The notes beneath the pieces were generated by a model that was given only the letters and a program-made list of their open reading frames with translations, had not been told where the DNA came from and did no database searches. This document shows, piece by piece, positions 37,711 through 47,696 of a stretch of 64,000 bases of DNA. The position numbers and the translations under genes are program-made. Within the stretch, counting starts at the first letter, position 1. Every line of letters begins with the position of its first letter. The stretch comes from Eubacteriales bacterium (GTDB taxonomy: Bacteria; Bacillota; Clostridia; Oscillospirales; CAG-272): positions 6,159 to 70,158 of the forward strand of contig JAZSMJ010000041.1 in assembly GCA_045535815.1 (NCBI GenBank), given 5' to 3'.

Positions 37711-38502
37711 TTACCTTGCAAGGAAATGGGTTCCGACCTTTTTGCCCGAGCAAACGTCATATAGGATAGAGGGCTCTTCTCCGTTTACCAGAAACATAGG
37801 TATTCCTGCTTCGGTGGCAATAACTGCGGCGTTCAGCTTTGTAATAACTCCGCCGGTGCCTCTGTTTGTGCCTGCCCCCGATGCGTAGCTCATTATGTGC
37901 TCGTCCACACGCTCGACCGTGGGTATCAGCACGGCGTTTGGATCGTTTCGGGGGTCCCCGGTATAAAGACCGTCGATGTCACTCATATTTATCAGAAGAT
38001 CTGCTCCGCACAGTTTTGCAACGTATGCGGCAAGCGTATCGTTATCACCGAATTTTATCTCGTAAAACGAGATGGTGTCGTTTTCGTTTACTATCGGGAT
38101 GCACTTCATTTTAAGAAGGGTGCGGAAGGTGTTTTCGGCATTTTCTCTTGAGTGCTCGTTTTCAATAACCTCTTTGGTCAGAAGTATCTGACCTACCGTG
38201 TGCCCGTACATACTGAAAAATCTGTCGTAGACACGCATCAGCTCGTTCTGACCGACGGCGGCAGTCGCCTGCTTTTCCTCGGTGGTCTCGGCACGGTGGC
38301 CAAGACCTATCTTTGCAGTACCTGCGGTGATAGCGCCCGAGCTTACCAGAATTATCTCCTTGCCGCTGTTTACAAGGTCTGCTATAACCTTTGCAAGCTC
38401 CTCCATTCTGCGAAGATTGAGCTTGCCCGTTTCATGCGTCAGCGTTGACGTGCCGACCTTTACTACTATTCTTTTTGCTTCACTTACATTATTCATAGCC
38501 AA
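37711..38502 (-). CDS. proB: glutamate 5-kinase (short form, no PUA domain)
   Basis: The VVKVGTSTLT amino-acid kinase N-terminus in a 263-aa protein. The start is ambiguous, either TTG at 38502 or ATG at 38496. Confidence 0.85.
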   Translation of the reverse strand: MAMNNVSEAKRIVVKVGTSTLTHETGKLNLRRMEELAKVIADLVNSGKEIILVSSGAITAGTAKIGLGHRAETTEEKQATAAVGQNELMRVYDRFFSMYGHTVGQILLTKEVIENEHSRENAENTFRTLLKMKCIPIVNENDTISFYEIKFGDNDTLAAYVAKLCGADLLINMSDIDGLYTGDPRNDPNAVLIPTVERVDEHIMSYASGAGTNRGTGGVITKLNAAVIATEAGIPMFLVNGEEPSILYDVCSGKKVGTHFLAR

Positions 38503-38667
38503 TACCGTTTTGTCATTTATATTCCAAATTTTAAAATTTTTGATTTGCCCTTTACTTTGACGAAAAATATATTATAATAGATATATAGATATATTATATA
38601 TAGTATAAATGAAACCGTGCGTATTTGCAAGTAATATTTGCAAAAAAAGATAAAAGGAGGGGCGCAG

Positions 38668-40425
38668 GTGAAAATTAAAGAAAAGCCGGAGCTTCTCGCG
38701 CCCTGCGGCTCACCTCAGGCGCTTGATGCGGCTATTGCCGCAGGAGCAGACGCTGTATATGCCGGCGGAGTAAAGTTCAACGCAAGAATGAGCGCCCATA
38801 ATTTCGATGATGACGCCGTTTTTAAGGCAATCGAAAAGTGCCATGCAAACGGAGTCAGATTTTATCTTACGCTCAATACCGCAATATACGACAGAGAGCT
38901 GTCCGATGCGCTTTCTCTTGCCCTTACTCTATATAAAGCAGGGGCAGATGCGCTTATTATAACAGATCTTGGATTGGTTTCGCTGATAAGGGAATACATC
39001 CCCGACCTTGAGCTTCATGCAAGCACTCAGCTGTCGGGTCATAATTCTCAGGCGGCTAAGTTTTTGTCCGAAAAAGGCTTTGCGAGAATGGTATGCGCCA
39101 GAGAGCTTTCGTTTGAAAATATAAAGAAGCTGAATGATAATTCACCGATAGAAACCGAGATGTTTATTCACGGCGCACATTGCGTCAGTGCCTCGGGTCA
39201 GTGCCTTATGAGTTCGCTTATAGGCGGTCGAAGCGGAAACAGAGGCGAATGCGCTCAGCCATGCCGTATGCAGTATAACGGCTCATATCCGCTCAGTCTT
39301 AAGGATATGTGCCTCGCAGGACATATCGAGGAGATACTAGACCTTGGCGTTTCATCCCTTAAAATAGAGGGCAGACTGAAAAGTCCGTCCTACGTATACG
39401 GAGTGACGTCGGTATACAGACGTCTGATAGACGAGAGAAGAAACGCATCGGAAAATGAGATAAAGAAGCTTGCAGAGCTGTTTTCGAGGGGCGGATTTAC
39501 CGACGGATATTTTACCGGCAGTATAAATAAGTCTATGCTCGGCGTGCGCTCTGATGCCGATAAGGCAAAAACGAGAAGGGTATCGGGCTCGGGAGATGCT
39601 CCAAGGGTAAAGGCAAAGCCGCTGTCTGAAGAAAAACTTGAGGCGGCAAGGCAATACAGAATATCAGACAGGGCAAGGGCAGATTTTGATTGCTCTATTC
39701 CTAAAAAAATATCCCTTATGGGAATAAAGGATCAGACCTCGCTTATAAGGAGCGCAAGATTTTTGAGCGCACAGCAGATAAGCGGCAGAGCAAGAGAATA
39801 TTTTGATATTTGTTATCTTCCGCTTGACTCATACGATTCTATTGCAAACGGCGTGGTCATTCCTGCAGTTATAACCGATTCGGAATACGATGCCGTAAAA
39901 GATAAGCTTAAGGCGGCGTTTGATGCAGGTGCAAGGCACGCTTTGTGCGGAAACGTCGGACATATCGCCCTCGCACGTGAGATAGGCTTTACAGTTTACG
40001 GAGATTTCAGGCTCAATATAATGAACGGAGCAAGTGCGCTTGTATTTTCCGAATTTGAAGATATCATTCTTTCACCCGAGCTTATACTTCCGCAGATAAG
40101 GGATATAAAGGCAAAGAAATGCGTTATAACCTACGGTCGCCTTCCTGTCATGCATCTTGAAAAAAGATGCGGAGCAAGCGCCCTTCGTGACAGAAAGGGT
40201 GCTGAATTCCCGGTTGTGAGAGAGGGCTCAAGAGAGAGCGTTCTGAACAGCGTTCCGGTGTGGATGGCAGACAGAGGCGCTCAGCTCGGTGCGGCAGGTA
40301 TCGGCAGAGAGCATTTCATTTTTACCACCGAAAGTGCACGTGAGGTGGACGGTGTGATCTCGGCATATCAAAAGAAATTACCGCCTAAGGGCGACATAAG
40401 ACGTATAAAGCAGACAAACGGATAA
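38668..40425 (+). CDS. U32 family peptidase
   Basis: GTG start at 38668, 6 nt after AAGGAGG. U32 signature EMFIHGAHCVSASGQCLMS. Confidence 0.8.
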   Translation: MKIKEKPELLAPCGSPQALDAAIAAGADAVYAGGVKFNARMSAHNFDDDAVFKAIEKCHANGVRFYLTLNTAIYDRELSDALSLALTLYKAGADALIITDLGLVSLIREYIPDLELHASTQLSGHNSQAAKFLSEKGFARMVCARELSFENIKKLNDNSPIETEMFIHGAHCVSASGQCLMSSLIGGRSGNRGECAQPCRMQYNGSYPLSLKDMCLAGHIEEILDLGVSSLKIEGRLKSPSYVYGVTSVYRRLIDERRNASENEIKKLAELFSRGGFTDGYFTGSINKSMLGVRSDADKAKTRRVSGSGDAPRVKAKPLSEEKLEAARQYRISDRARADFDCSIPKKISLMGIKDQTSLIRSARFLSAQQISGRAREYFDICYLPLDSYDSIANGVVIPAVITDSEYDAVKDKLKAAFDAGARHALCGNVGHIALAREIGFTVYGDFRLNIMNGASALVFSEFEDIILSPELILPQIRDIKAKKCVITYGRLPVMHLEKRCGASALRDRKGAEFPVVREGSRESVLNSVPVWMADRGAQLGAAGIGREHFIFTTESAREVDGVISAYQKKLPPKGDIRRIKQTNG

Positions 40426-40450
40426 ATAAAATTGAAAGGTCCTACTTATT

Positions 40451-40897
40451 ATGACTGTTAAATTCAAGAAATTAAGAGAGGGCGCGTGTGCGCCGATATA
40501 TGCAACGGGTGGTGCGGCTGCGGCTGACCTGCACGCACTCACCGATACTCCTATAGCAATAAAGCCACTCGAAAGAGTACTCGTGCCTACGGGGATAGCA
40601 ATATCGCTTCCCTCAAAGGATACCGTTGCGCTTATATGCGCAAGAAGCGGACTTGCTTCCAAAAAGGGAATAACCATGGCTAACGGAATAGGAGTTGTCG
40701 ATTCCGATTACAGAGGAGAGATAAAGGTGCCCGTCGTAAATCTCGGCTCTGATACCTTTATAGTCGAGAGCGGTGAGCGTATAGCTCAGCTTATGATAAT
40801 GCCTGTGCTTACACCCACGTTTGAAGAGGCAGACGAGCTTGACGAGACTGCAAGAGGCGAGGGCGGCTTTGGCTCGACCGGAACGGGTAAGCTCTGA
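40451..40897 (+). CDS. dut: dUTP diphosphatase
   Basis: Motif GIGVVDSDYRGEI and the C-terminal RGEGGFGSTG. Confidence 0.9.
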   Translation: MTVKFKKLREGACAPIYATGGAAAADLHALTDTPIAIKPLERVLVPTGIAISLPSKDTVALICARSGLASKKGITMANGIGVVDSDYRGEIKVPVVNLGSDTFIVESGERIAQLMIMPVLTPTFEEADELDETARGEGGFGSTGTGKL

Positions 40898-41496
40898 TGG
40901 CAGATTCAAAAAGACTTATACTTGCATCAGCGTCGCCGAGAAGGCGTGAAATACTTTCAAGATTCGGCATTCCCTTTGATATAATCCCTGCCGATGCAGA
41001 TGAGAGCACTGTTGCTGATATGAAGGCAGACGAGGTTGTAAAAACACTCGCAAAGCGCAAGTGCGACGCAGTATGCGCTCTGCAGAAGGATGATGGCTAT
41101 ATCGTTATATCGTCCGATACGGTAGTATCCTGCGACGGTGCTGTTCTCGGGAAGCCTGCTGATGAGACTGAGGCAAGACAGATGCTCCGAATGCTGTCGG
41201 GCAGAGAGCACGAGGTATACTCGGGCTATGCGATATCCGACGGAGTAAAAACAATTGTCGGATGTGAGGTAACAAGCGTCTGCTTCAGAGAGCTGAGCGA
41301 TACCGATATAGATGCATACATCGCCACGAATGAACCGTTTGACAAAGCCGGTGGCTATGGGATCCAAAGTCTCGGATGCGTTTTCGTTTCGGGTATAAAG
41401 GGCGATTACTACAACGTTATGGGATTTCCGATATTCAGAATAGCGCAGCAGCTTGAGAGCGATTTCGGCATCTCGTTGCTTGCGAAGAAAATATAG
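40897..41496 (+). CDS. maf: Maf-like nucleoside triphosphate pyrophosphatase
   Basis: LILASASPRRREIL N-terminus. The start overlaps the dut stop. Confidence 0.88.
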   Translation: MADSKRLILASASPRRREILSRFGIPFDIIPADADESTVADMKADEVVKTLAKRKCDAVCALQKDDGYIVISSDTVVSCDGAVLGKPADETEARQMLRMLSGREHEVYSGYAISDGVKTIVGCEVTSVCFRELSDTDIDAYIATNEPFDKAGGYGIQSLGCVFVSGIKGDYYNVMGFPIFRIAQQLESDFGISLLAKKI

Positions 41497-41529
41497 CGTT
41501 ACTCTTTTCATAAATTGACGGAGGATGAA

Positions 41530-42519
41530 ATGGCTAAGAAAATTGCGATAGATCTTGGCTCTCAGCGTACGAGAGCGTACATACCGAAAAACGGAATAGT
41601 TCTTGATCAGCCCACATGCGCTGCAATTGGACTTGCAGATAACGAGCTTTACGCAATAGGAGAGGGCGCAAATGCCTTTGCAAAAAAGACCCCGGGAGCT
41701 CTTTCGGTGCTGAGTCCCGTATCGGCTGACGGCATACTGTCAACCGAGATGACGGCTGACATTATCTTCGGACTGCTTGAGGAAAGTATACCTAAATTCA
41801 ATCCGTCAAGCTACGACGTTTTGATCTCCATTCCCACAGATTCCGACAAGGCAGACGAGTCCGATTATTATGAGGTTCTCAATAATATAGGATTTCACAG
41901 AGTCAGCTCTATCCGTTCATGCCACGCATTAAGAGCGTGGACGGGTGGCAATAGAGGACTTTATTTTGCAGTCAACTGCGGAGCATCACGGTCTGAGGCA
42001 CTTTTGCTGTCCGACGGTAATATAATTAATTCGGTTACCACCTATTACGCAGGCGATTCTGCGGATGCGGCAATAGCGAATTATTTCAAGGAAAGATATA
42101 ACGTATACGTGAGTGCTGAAACGGTAAAGAGCCTAAAGCACGAGTATGCCTTTGCATATTCACAGCTGCCGGGTGAGACGGATATAATCTGCCGCAACCT
42201 CTCCACAGGTCTGCCGGTATCCGTTCACGTAACGGGAGCAGAGCTTGCAGCTGCTATTGATCCTACCGTTGTCGGTATAGCAGATATGCTTGTTTCGGTG
42301 CTTGAAAGCGTCAGCGCTGAGGTGCTTGATACGATATATAAGACCGGCATTTCTCTGTGCGGAGGCTTTGCCGCACTTGAGGGTCTGGCAGAAAGACTTA
42401 CACGTGAAACTGGTGTTACCGTAAAGAAGGAGGCATCGCCCGAGCACTGTCTTATAAAGGGACTTGGACGAATACTCGCAGATCCTATCGAATACGAATC
42501 GGACGTGAACCGCATATGA
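41530..42519 (+). CDS. divergent MreB/actin-like protein
   Basis: ATG at 41530, 5 nt after GGAGG. MreB-like overall (IAIDLGS..., GIVLDQP, LCGGFAALEGL), but the phosphate-2 motif reads VNCGASRSE instead of DIGGGTTE. Confidence 0.65.
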   Translation: MAKKIAIDLGSQRTRAYIPKNGIVLDQPTCAAIGLADNELYAIGEGANAFAKKTPGALSVLSPVSADGILSTEMTADIIFGLLEESIPKFNPSSYDVLISIPTDSDKADESDYYEVLNNIGFHRVSSIRSCHALRAWTGGNRGLYFAVNCGASRSEALLLSDGNIINSVTTYYAGDSADAAIANYFKERYNVYVSAETVKSLKHEYAFAYSQLPGETDIICRNLSTGLPVSVHVTGAELAAAIDPTVVGIADMLVSVLESVSAEVLDTIYKTGISLCGGFAALEGLAERLTRETGVTVKKEASPEHCLIKGLGRILADPIEYESDVNRI

Positions 42520-43169
42520 AAAAGACCGAGCTTGCAAGGATAGTCGTACAAAGGCTTGAAGAGATCTATCCCTCTGCCGAGTGTGCGCTTGAATATAAGG
42601 GAGACCCCTGGCGCCTTTTAGTTATGGGAAGGCTTTCGGCACAGTGCACGGATGCGAGGGTAAACGAGGTCTGCAAGACCTTATTCGTCAAATATCCGAC
42701 AGCCGCCGATATGGCGCAGGCTGATATAAAAGAGCTTGAAGAGGCGGTAAAGCCGTGCGGACTTTTCAGGGTAAAGGCGCAGAATCTCAAAGATGCTTCG
42801 GCAATGCTGATAAACGATTTCGGCGGAGCTTTGCCCGATACTATGGAGGAGCTTCTTCTGTTTCCCGGCGTTGGCAGAAAGATAGCCAATCTTCTGCTCG
42901 GTGATATATTCAAAAAGCCTGCCGTCGTTGCTGATACGCATTGTATACGCATAGCAGGAAGGCTGGGATTTTATCCCGAAAGCAAAAAAGATCCGCTCCA
43001 AACGGAACGGATACTTTCATCTGTAGTTGATCCCGAAAAGCAGTCTGATCTCTGCCACCGCATAGTGTGGTTTGGAAGAGAGGTCTGCACTGCACGCTCG
43101 CCGCAGTGCACCTCATGTCCGCTTGCCGATATATGCAAGCATAATAAGGACGCACAAAAGAGAAAATAA
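42516..43169 (+). CDS. nth: endonuclease III
   Basis: HhH motif LPGVGRKIAN and a C-terminal 4Fe-4S ligand pattern, C-x6-C-x2-C-x5-C. ATGA overlap with the upstream gene. Confidence 0.9.
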   Translation: MKKTELARIVVQRLEEIYPSAECALEYKGDPWRLLVMGRLSAQCTDARVNEVCKTLFVKYPTAADMAQADIKELEEAVKPCGLFRVKAQNLKDASAMLINDFGGALPDTMEELLLFPGVGRKIANLLLGDIFKKPAVVADTHCIRIAGRLGFYPESKKDPLQTERILSSVVDPEKQSDLCHRIVWFGREVCTARSPQCTSCPLADICKHNKDAQKRK

Positions 43170-43174
43170 TATAA

Positions 43175-44020
43175 TTACTGCCAGCGTGCGTAATAGAACA
43201 GATACTGCTGTATAAGACCTGCATATTTTCCGAGAGAGGCAATATCAATTCCATCGGGATAGTACTGCGCAAGTATGCGCTTTATCCATACGTCTATCGG
43301 GAAAACGTCGGTCTTGTCAAAGCCGAAGAGAAGTGCGCAGGATGCCACCTTAAGTCCTATACCCTTGACGGTGCAGAGCATATCTATAGCACTCTGCGTA
43401 TCTGATGCATATACGCTCGCAAGGTTGAGCTCTCCGGTGTGCACCTTTTTGGATGCATCGTAGATGTATTTAGCTCTGAATCCGGTGCGAAGGGCGAATA
43501 TCTCGTCCTCGCCTGCGTCGAACAGCGCTTTTGCACTTGGAAAGGCGTATTTTACGCCGTAGGGCGTTTCTATCTCATCGCCGTACCTCTCGGACATTGC
43601 GGCAATTATCTTCTTTATACGGGGAATATTGTTGTTCTGAGAGACTATAAATGAGCAGACTGCCTCCCATGGATCCTGTCGCAGAATGCGTATACCGCGC
43701 CCTTGCTCCATAGCCTTTGACATAACTTCGTCACCCTTGAAGATGGAGGCTATCTCGCTTCTTACTGCGTTATAATCAACGTCAAGGGCAAGATATCTCA
43801 GCCATATGCTCTCAACGTCCTGCCTGCAGGTGTTATGTATGCGTATGGCATCGGGAGATAGCTGCTCAAAGCCGACGTATCTGCCCATAGCCTCACCCCA
43901 AACGATTCCGTTTTCATCGGGATCGAAGCGGAAGGTCTGACCGCAGTCGAAGGTCTGCTCTATCAGTATACCGTCGGTATTTGTTATTTCAACGCTGTCT
44001 TTAAATTCACTTATTTTCAT
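43175..44020 (-). CDS. ogg: 8-oxoguanine DNA glycosylase / HhH-GPD family (Ogg-like)
   Basis: N-terminal Ogg-type FDCGQTFRF. HhH-GPD region VKGIGLKVASCALLFG...FPIDVW. Confidence 0.75.
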   Translation of the reverse strand: MKISEFKDSVEITNTDGILIEQTFDCGQTFRFDPDENGIVWGEAMGRYVGFEQLSPDAIRIHNTCRQDVESIWLRYLALDVDYNAVRSEIASIFKGDEVMSKAMEQGRGIRILRQDPWEAVCSFIVSQNNNIPRIKKIIAAMSERYGDEIETPYGVKYAFPSAKALFDAGEDEIFALRTGFRAKYIYDASKKVHTGELNLASVYASDTQSAIDMLCTVKGIGLKVASCALLFGFDKTDVFPIDVWIKRILAQYYPDGIDIASLGKYAGLIQQYLFYYARWQ

Positions 44021-44080
44021 AATATGATAATTCCTTTCGGTCGCATTGACCGCTTGATATAAAAAACTCGGAGGATATAA

Positions 44081-44788
44081 ATGGAGACCATCTATACCAT
44101 ACCTGTAAATGAAGCCTTTGAGAGCTGTGCACAGGCAGAAGCGCCCGCCTGTCCGTTCTGCGCTCTTTATTCAAAGCTTGAGGAGAATGAGCTGGAGCTT
44201 ATTCTCGGCGCATCCATGATGGAGCCCGACGTTCGCATAAAGACCAACGAGCAGGGCTTTTGCAGATCGCATTACGATATGATGCTGACACGCAAAAACC
44301 GTCTCGGCCTTGCGCTGATGCTACAGAGCCATCTTGATAAGGTAAGAGGCGATATCGAGCCTTCAAAGCTTACCGAGATGATAAAGGGAAGCGGAAACAC
44401 CGCTCAAAGCAAGATAGGCAAGCTTTCCGACAGCTGTTACGTATGCTCAAGGATAGAATTTTCAATAAATAAGATGTTTGAAAATGCGGCTCTTCTCTGG
44501 GGAGCGGATAAGGAATTCAGAGCAAAGCTGAAAAATCAAAAGATGTTCTGCCTTCCTCATTTTGCACGCTTCACCGAGACTGCGAGAAACCTTATTCCCA
44601 AAAAGCAGTTCGGAGATTTTTATTCCGATCTTTCACGTGTGACATTTGAGTATTTCGATTCGCTCAGAGACGATATCGATCTCTTCTGCAAGAAGTTTGA
44701 CTACCGTTATCAGGATGAGCCCTGGGGCAATGCAAAGGATTCTCCTGACAGAGCAGTCAGATTCTTATCGTCAGAGCAACACAATTAA
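44081..44788 (+). CDS. conserved hypothetical Cys-motif protein (DUF6062-like)
   Basis: RBS GGAGG. Two similar modules with CPFC...C..H and CYVC...CLPH. The family assignment is from memory only. Confidence 0.5.
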   Translation: METIYTIPVNEAFESCAQAEAPACPFCALYSKLEENELELILGASMMEPDVRIKTNEQGFCRSHYDMMLTRKNRLGLALMLQSHLDKVRGDIEPSKLTEMIKGSGNTAQSKIGKLSDSCYVCSRIEFSINKMFENAALLWGADKEFRAKLKNQKMFCLPHFARFTETARNLIPKKQFGDFYSDLSRVTFEYFDSLRDDIDLFCKKFDYRYQDEPWGNAKDSPDRAVRFLSSEQHN

Positions 44789-44854
44789 TTATATAACAAA
44801 ATACGATTTTTTTCAACAATAATATGCCTTGAATCAAAGAAAGGATTGCAGTAT

Positions 44855-45823
44855 ATGAAATTAGGAGTTTTAACCAATCTGTACGGCGCACTTGCGCTTG
44901 ACGAAACGCTTGATAAGCTTAAAGCACTTGGAATAGAATCTATAGAAATAGGATGCGGTGGCTATCCCGGTAAGGCTCACTGTGACCCCGAGGTACTGCT
45001 TGCAGATCCCGAGCAGCTGGCAAAATTCAGAGCTATCATAGCAAAAAAAGGATTTGATATATCTGCTCTTTCGGTGCACGGAAATCCCGTTCATCCGAAT
45101 AAGGAGATCGCCCACTCGTTTGACTGCGATTTCAGAAATGCAGTGCTTCTTTGTGAAAAGCTGGGCGTTGACACGGTGGTTACCTTCTCGGGATGTCCAG
45201 GCGACAGCGAAAACGCTCTTTATCCTAACTGGGTAACCTGTCCCTGGCCGGAGGATTTTCTCAAAATTCTTGACTGGCAGTGGAACGAGGTGCTTATTCC
45301 TTACTGGAAGGAAGCGGCTTCATTTGCGCTTAGCCACGGCGTTACTCATATCGCATTTGAGATGCATCCCGGCTTTTGCGTTTACAATCCCGAAACGCTT
45401 CTCCGCTTAAGAGAGGCGGTTGGCGACGTTATAGGTGCAAATCTCGATCCTTCTCACCTTATATGGCAGGGAATAGAGCCGATAGACGCTATCCGTGCGC
45501 TCAAGGGAGCTATCTACCATTTCCACGCAAAGGATACGAAGATCGATCAGTATAACTGCAAAATAAACGGGGTTCTCGATACAAAGCACTACGGAAGAGA
45601 AGCTGAAAGATCGTGGATATTCCGTGCAGTCGGATACGGTCACGACGCTCAGTATTGGAAGGATATAGCCTCTGCACTCCGTCTTGCAGGATACGACAAG
45701 GTCATGTCAATAGAGCACGAGGATTCGCTGATGTCGGTAGACGAGGGACTCGCCAAGGCGGCGGCATTTCTTAGCGATATAATAATAAAAGAGCCTAAGC
45801 CCGGTGAGATGAGCTGGGCATAA
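44855..45823 (+). CDS. xylose-isomerase-like TIM barrel protein (sugar phosphate isomerase/epimerase family)
   Basis: ATG at 44855 after AAAGGA. Typical family pattern (EIGCGGYPG..., AFEMHPG, HFHAKD, SIEHED). Confidence 0.75.
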   Translation: MKLGVLTNLYGALALDETLDKLKALGIESIEIGCGGYPGKAHCDPEVLLADPEQLAKFRAIIAKKGFDISALSVHGNPVHPNKEIAHSFDCDFRNAVLLCEKLGVDTVVTFSGCPGDSENALYPNWVTCPWPEDFLKILDWQWNEVLIPYWKEAASFALSHGVTHIAFEMHPGFCVYNPETLLRLREAVGDVIGANLDPSHLIWQGIEPIDAIRALKGAIYHFHAKDTKIDQYNCKINGVLDTKHYGREAERSWIFRAVGYGHDAQYWKDIASALRLAGYDKVMSIEHEDSLMSVDEGLAKAAAFLSDIIIKEPKPGEMSWA

Positions 45824-45849
45824 AACGAGATATAAAAGAGGTACTTATT

Positions 45850-46896
45850 ATGAAAAAGAATCTTGCAATCGTAGGATTTGGCGGCATGGGCGGATGGCAC
45901 GCCGATAATGCGCTTAAGAGCGACGTTGTTGAGCTTGTCGGTGTATACGACATAAAGCCCGAAAGACTTGCTGTGGCTCGTGAAAGGGGCATACACGCAT
46001 ATTCCTCGCTTGAAGAGGTGCTCTGCGATCCTAAAATAGATCTTATAACTATAGCAACACCAAACGACGTTCACCGTGAGATAGCCATAAAGGCGCTTGA
46101 GGCAGGAAAGAACGTTATATCCGAAAAGCCGGTAACTCTTTGTTCATCCGACCTTGAGGAGATGATAGCGGCATCTGAGCGCACGGGTAAGCTGTTTACC
46201 GTTCATCAGAACAGAAGATGGGACGGCGAGCTTCTCGTTATGAAAAAGGTGCTTGAGTCGGGCGATCTCGGACCTGTTTTCAATATTGAGTCGAGAGTTC
46301 ACGGCTCAAGAGGTATTCCGGGTGACTGGAGAGGAATGAAGCGCCACGGCGGCGGAATGATGCTTGACTGGGGAGTTCATCTGATCGACCAGGCAATGCA
46401 GATGCTGAAGGGTAAAAAGCCTTCTCGCATTTATGCAAGATACGATCACGTTACCAACGCAGAGGTTGACGACGGCTTTAAGCTCGATATGATGTTTGAC
46501 GACGGACTCGTTTTCAGAGTTGAGGTCGGCACAAGCAACTTTATAAATATGCCCAGATTCTATATGCAGGGCGAAAACGGAACGGCTATCATACCCGATT
46601 GGTGTCAGAGCGCCAAGGTCGTATGCTGCAAGAATTGGAACGAAAAGGATGTTGTTCCGGTCGTTACAGCCGCAGGCATAACCAAGACCATGGCTCCAAG
46701 AGACGAGAGCAGTATAGTTTCTTATGAGGTACCTCAGCCTGAGTCTGACGTTCACGATTTCTACAGAAACTTCTGTGCCGCAATAGACGGCCGTGAGGAG
46801 CAGATAGTCAAGCACGATGAGATGCGTCTCGTTATGAAGATAATGGAGGCTGCAAACGAGTCCGACAGACTTGGCACGGTCATAGATTTTGAATAA
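45850..46896 (+). CDS. Gfo/Idh/MocA family oxidoreductase
   Basis: N-terminal Rossmann motif GFGGMGGWH, the EKP motif (SEKPVT) and a C-terminal alpha/beta domain. Confidence 0.8.
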   Translation: MKKNLAIVGFGGMGGWHADNALKSDVVELVGVYDIKPERLAVARERGIHAYSSLEEVLCDPKIDLITIATPNDVHREIAIKALEAGKNVISEKPVTLCSSDLEEMIAASERTGKLFTVHQNRRWDGELLVMKKVLESGDLGPVFNIESRVHGSRGIPGDWRGMKRHGGGMMLDWGVHLIDQAMQMLKGKKPSRIYARYDHVTNAEVDDGFKLDMMFDDGLVFRVEVGTSNFINMPRFYMQGENGTAIIPDWCQSAKVVCCKNWNEKDVVPVVTAAGITKTMAPRDESSIVSYEVPQPESDVHDFYRNFCAAIDGREEQIVKHDEMRLVMKIMEAANESDRLGTVIDFE

Positions 46897-46918
46897 ATTT
46901 TTGAGAGGGGTAATATAA

Positions 46919-47659
46919 ATGGCTTATATTGAATGTGAATTCAGAACGGGTAACTTAGGGGCACCGTCAACCTTTATTGCGATAGTTCCCGAGTATCTCG
47001 GCGACAACGCAAAAACGCTTTATCTTCTTCACGGACTTACCGACAGCCACAAAAGCTGGATGAGAGGAACGTCTATTGACAGATACGCACACGAGCACGG
47101 TATGGTCGTCATAATGCCCGACGGCGGAAGAAGCTTCTATACCAATATGAAATACGGTTGGAACTATCTTACATACGTGACCGAAGAGCTTGTCGGCTAT
47201 ACGAGATCGCTCTTCAGACTTAGTGACAAGCGTGAGGATACCTTTATCTGCGGTAATTCCATGGGCGGATATGGCGCATTCAAGAGCGCACTCACAAGAC
47301 CCGATATATTCGGTGCGGCAGTAAGCCTTTCGGGAGTTATGGATATCTCCGAGAGATTTGACAAAATGAACGAATGGGACGTTGACAAGCGTCTTATATG
47401 GGGGCTCGACCATACGGTGAAGGATACCCGTGACGATCTTTTCCGCTTGGTCTCCGACCTTGAGGGCTCGGATATAAAGCCTCGCCTTCTTCAGATATGC
47501 GGCACGGAGGATTTCCTCTACGATGCAAACGTTAAATTCAGAGATTTTATGAAGGATAAAGACTTTGATTATACCTACCGTGAGGGCGAAGGAATACACT
47601 ACTGGCCCTACTGGGATTCGCAGATCGGATCCGCTATGGATTGGATGCTTCAAAAATAA
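46919..47659 (+). CDS. esterase family protein (esterase D / CE1-like)
   Basis: Nucleophile elbow GNSMGGYGA (GxSxG) on an alpha/beta hydrolase fold, with no signal peptide. Confidence 0.75.
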   Translation: MAYIECEFRTGNLGAPSTFIAIVPEYLGDNAKTLYLLHGLTDSHKSWMRGTSIDRYAHEHGMVVIMPDGGRSFYTNMKYGWNYLTYVTEELVGYTRSLFRLSDKREDTFICGNSMGGYGAFKSALTRPDIFGAAVSLSGVMDISERFDKMNEWDVDKRLIWGLDHTVKDTRDDLFRLVSDLEGSDIKPRLLQICGTEDFLYDANVKFRDFMKDKDFDYTYREGEGIHYWPYWDSQIGSAMDWMLQK

Positions 47660-47696
47660 AAAAATACCGACAGATCAACGATCTGTCGGTATTTTT

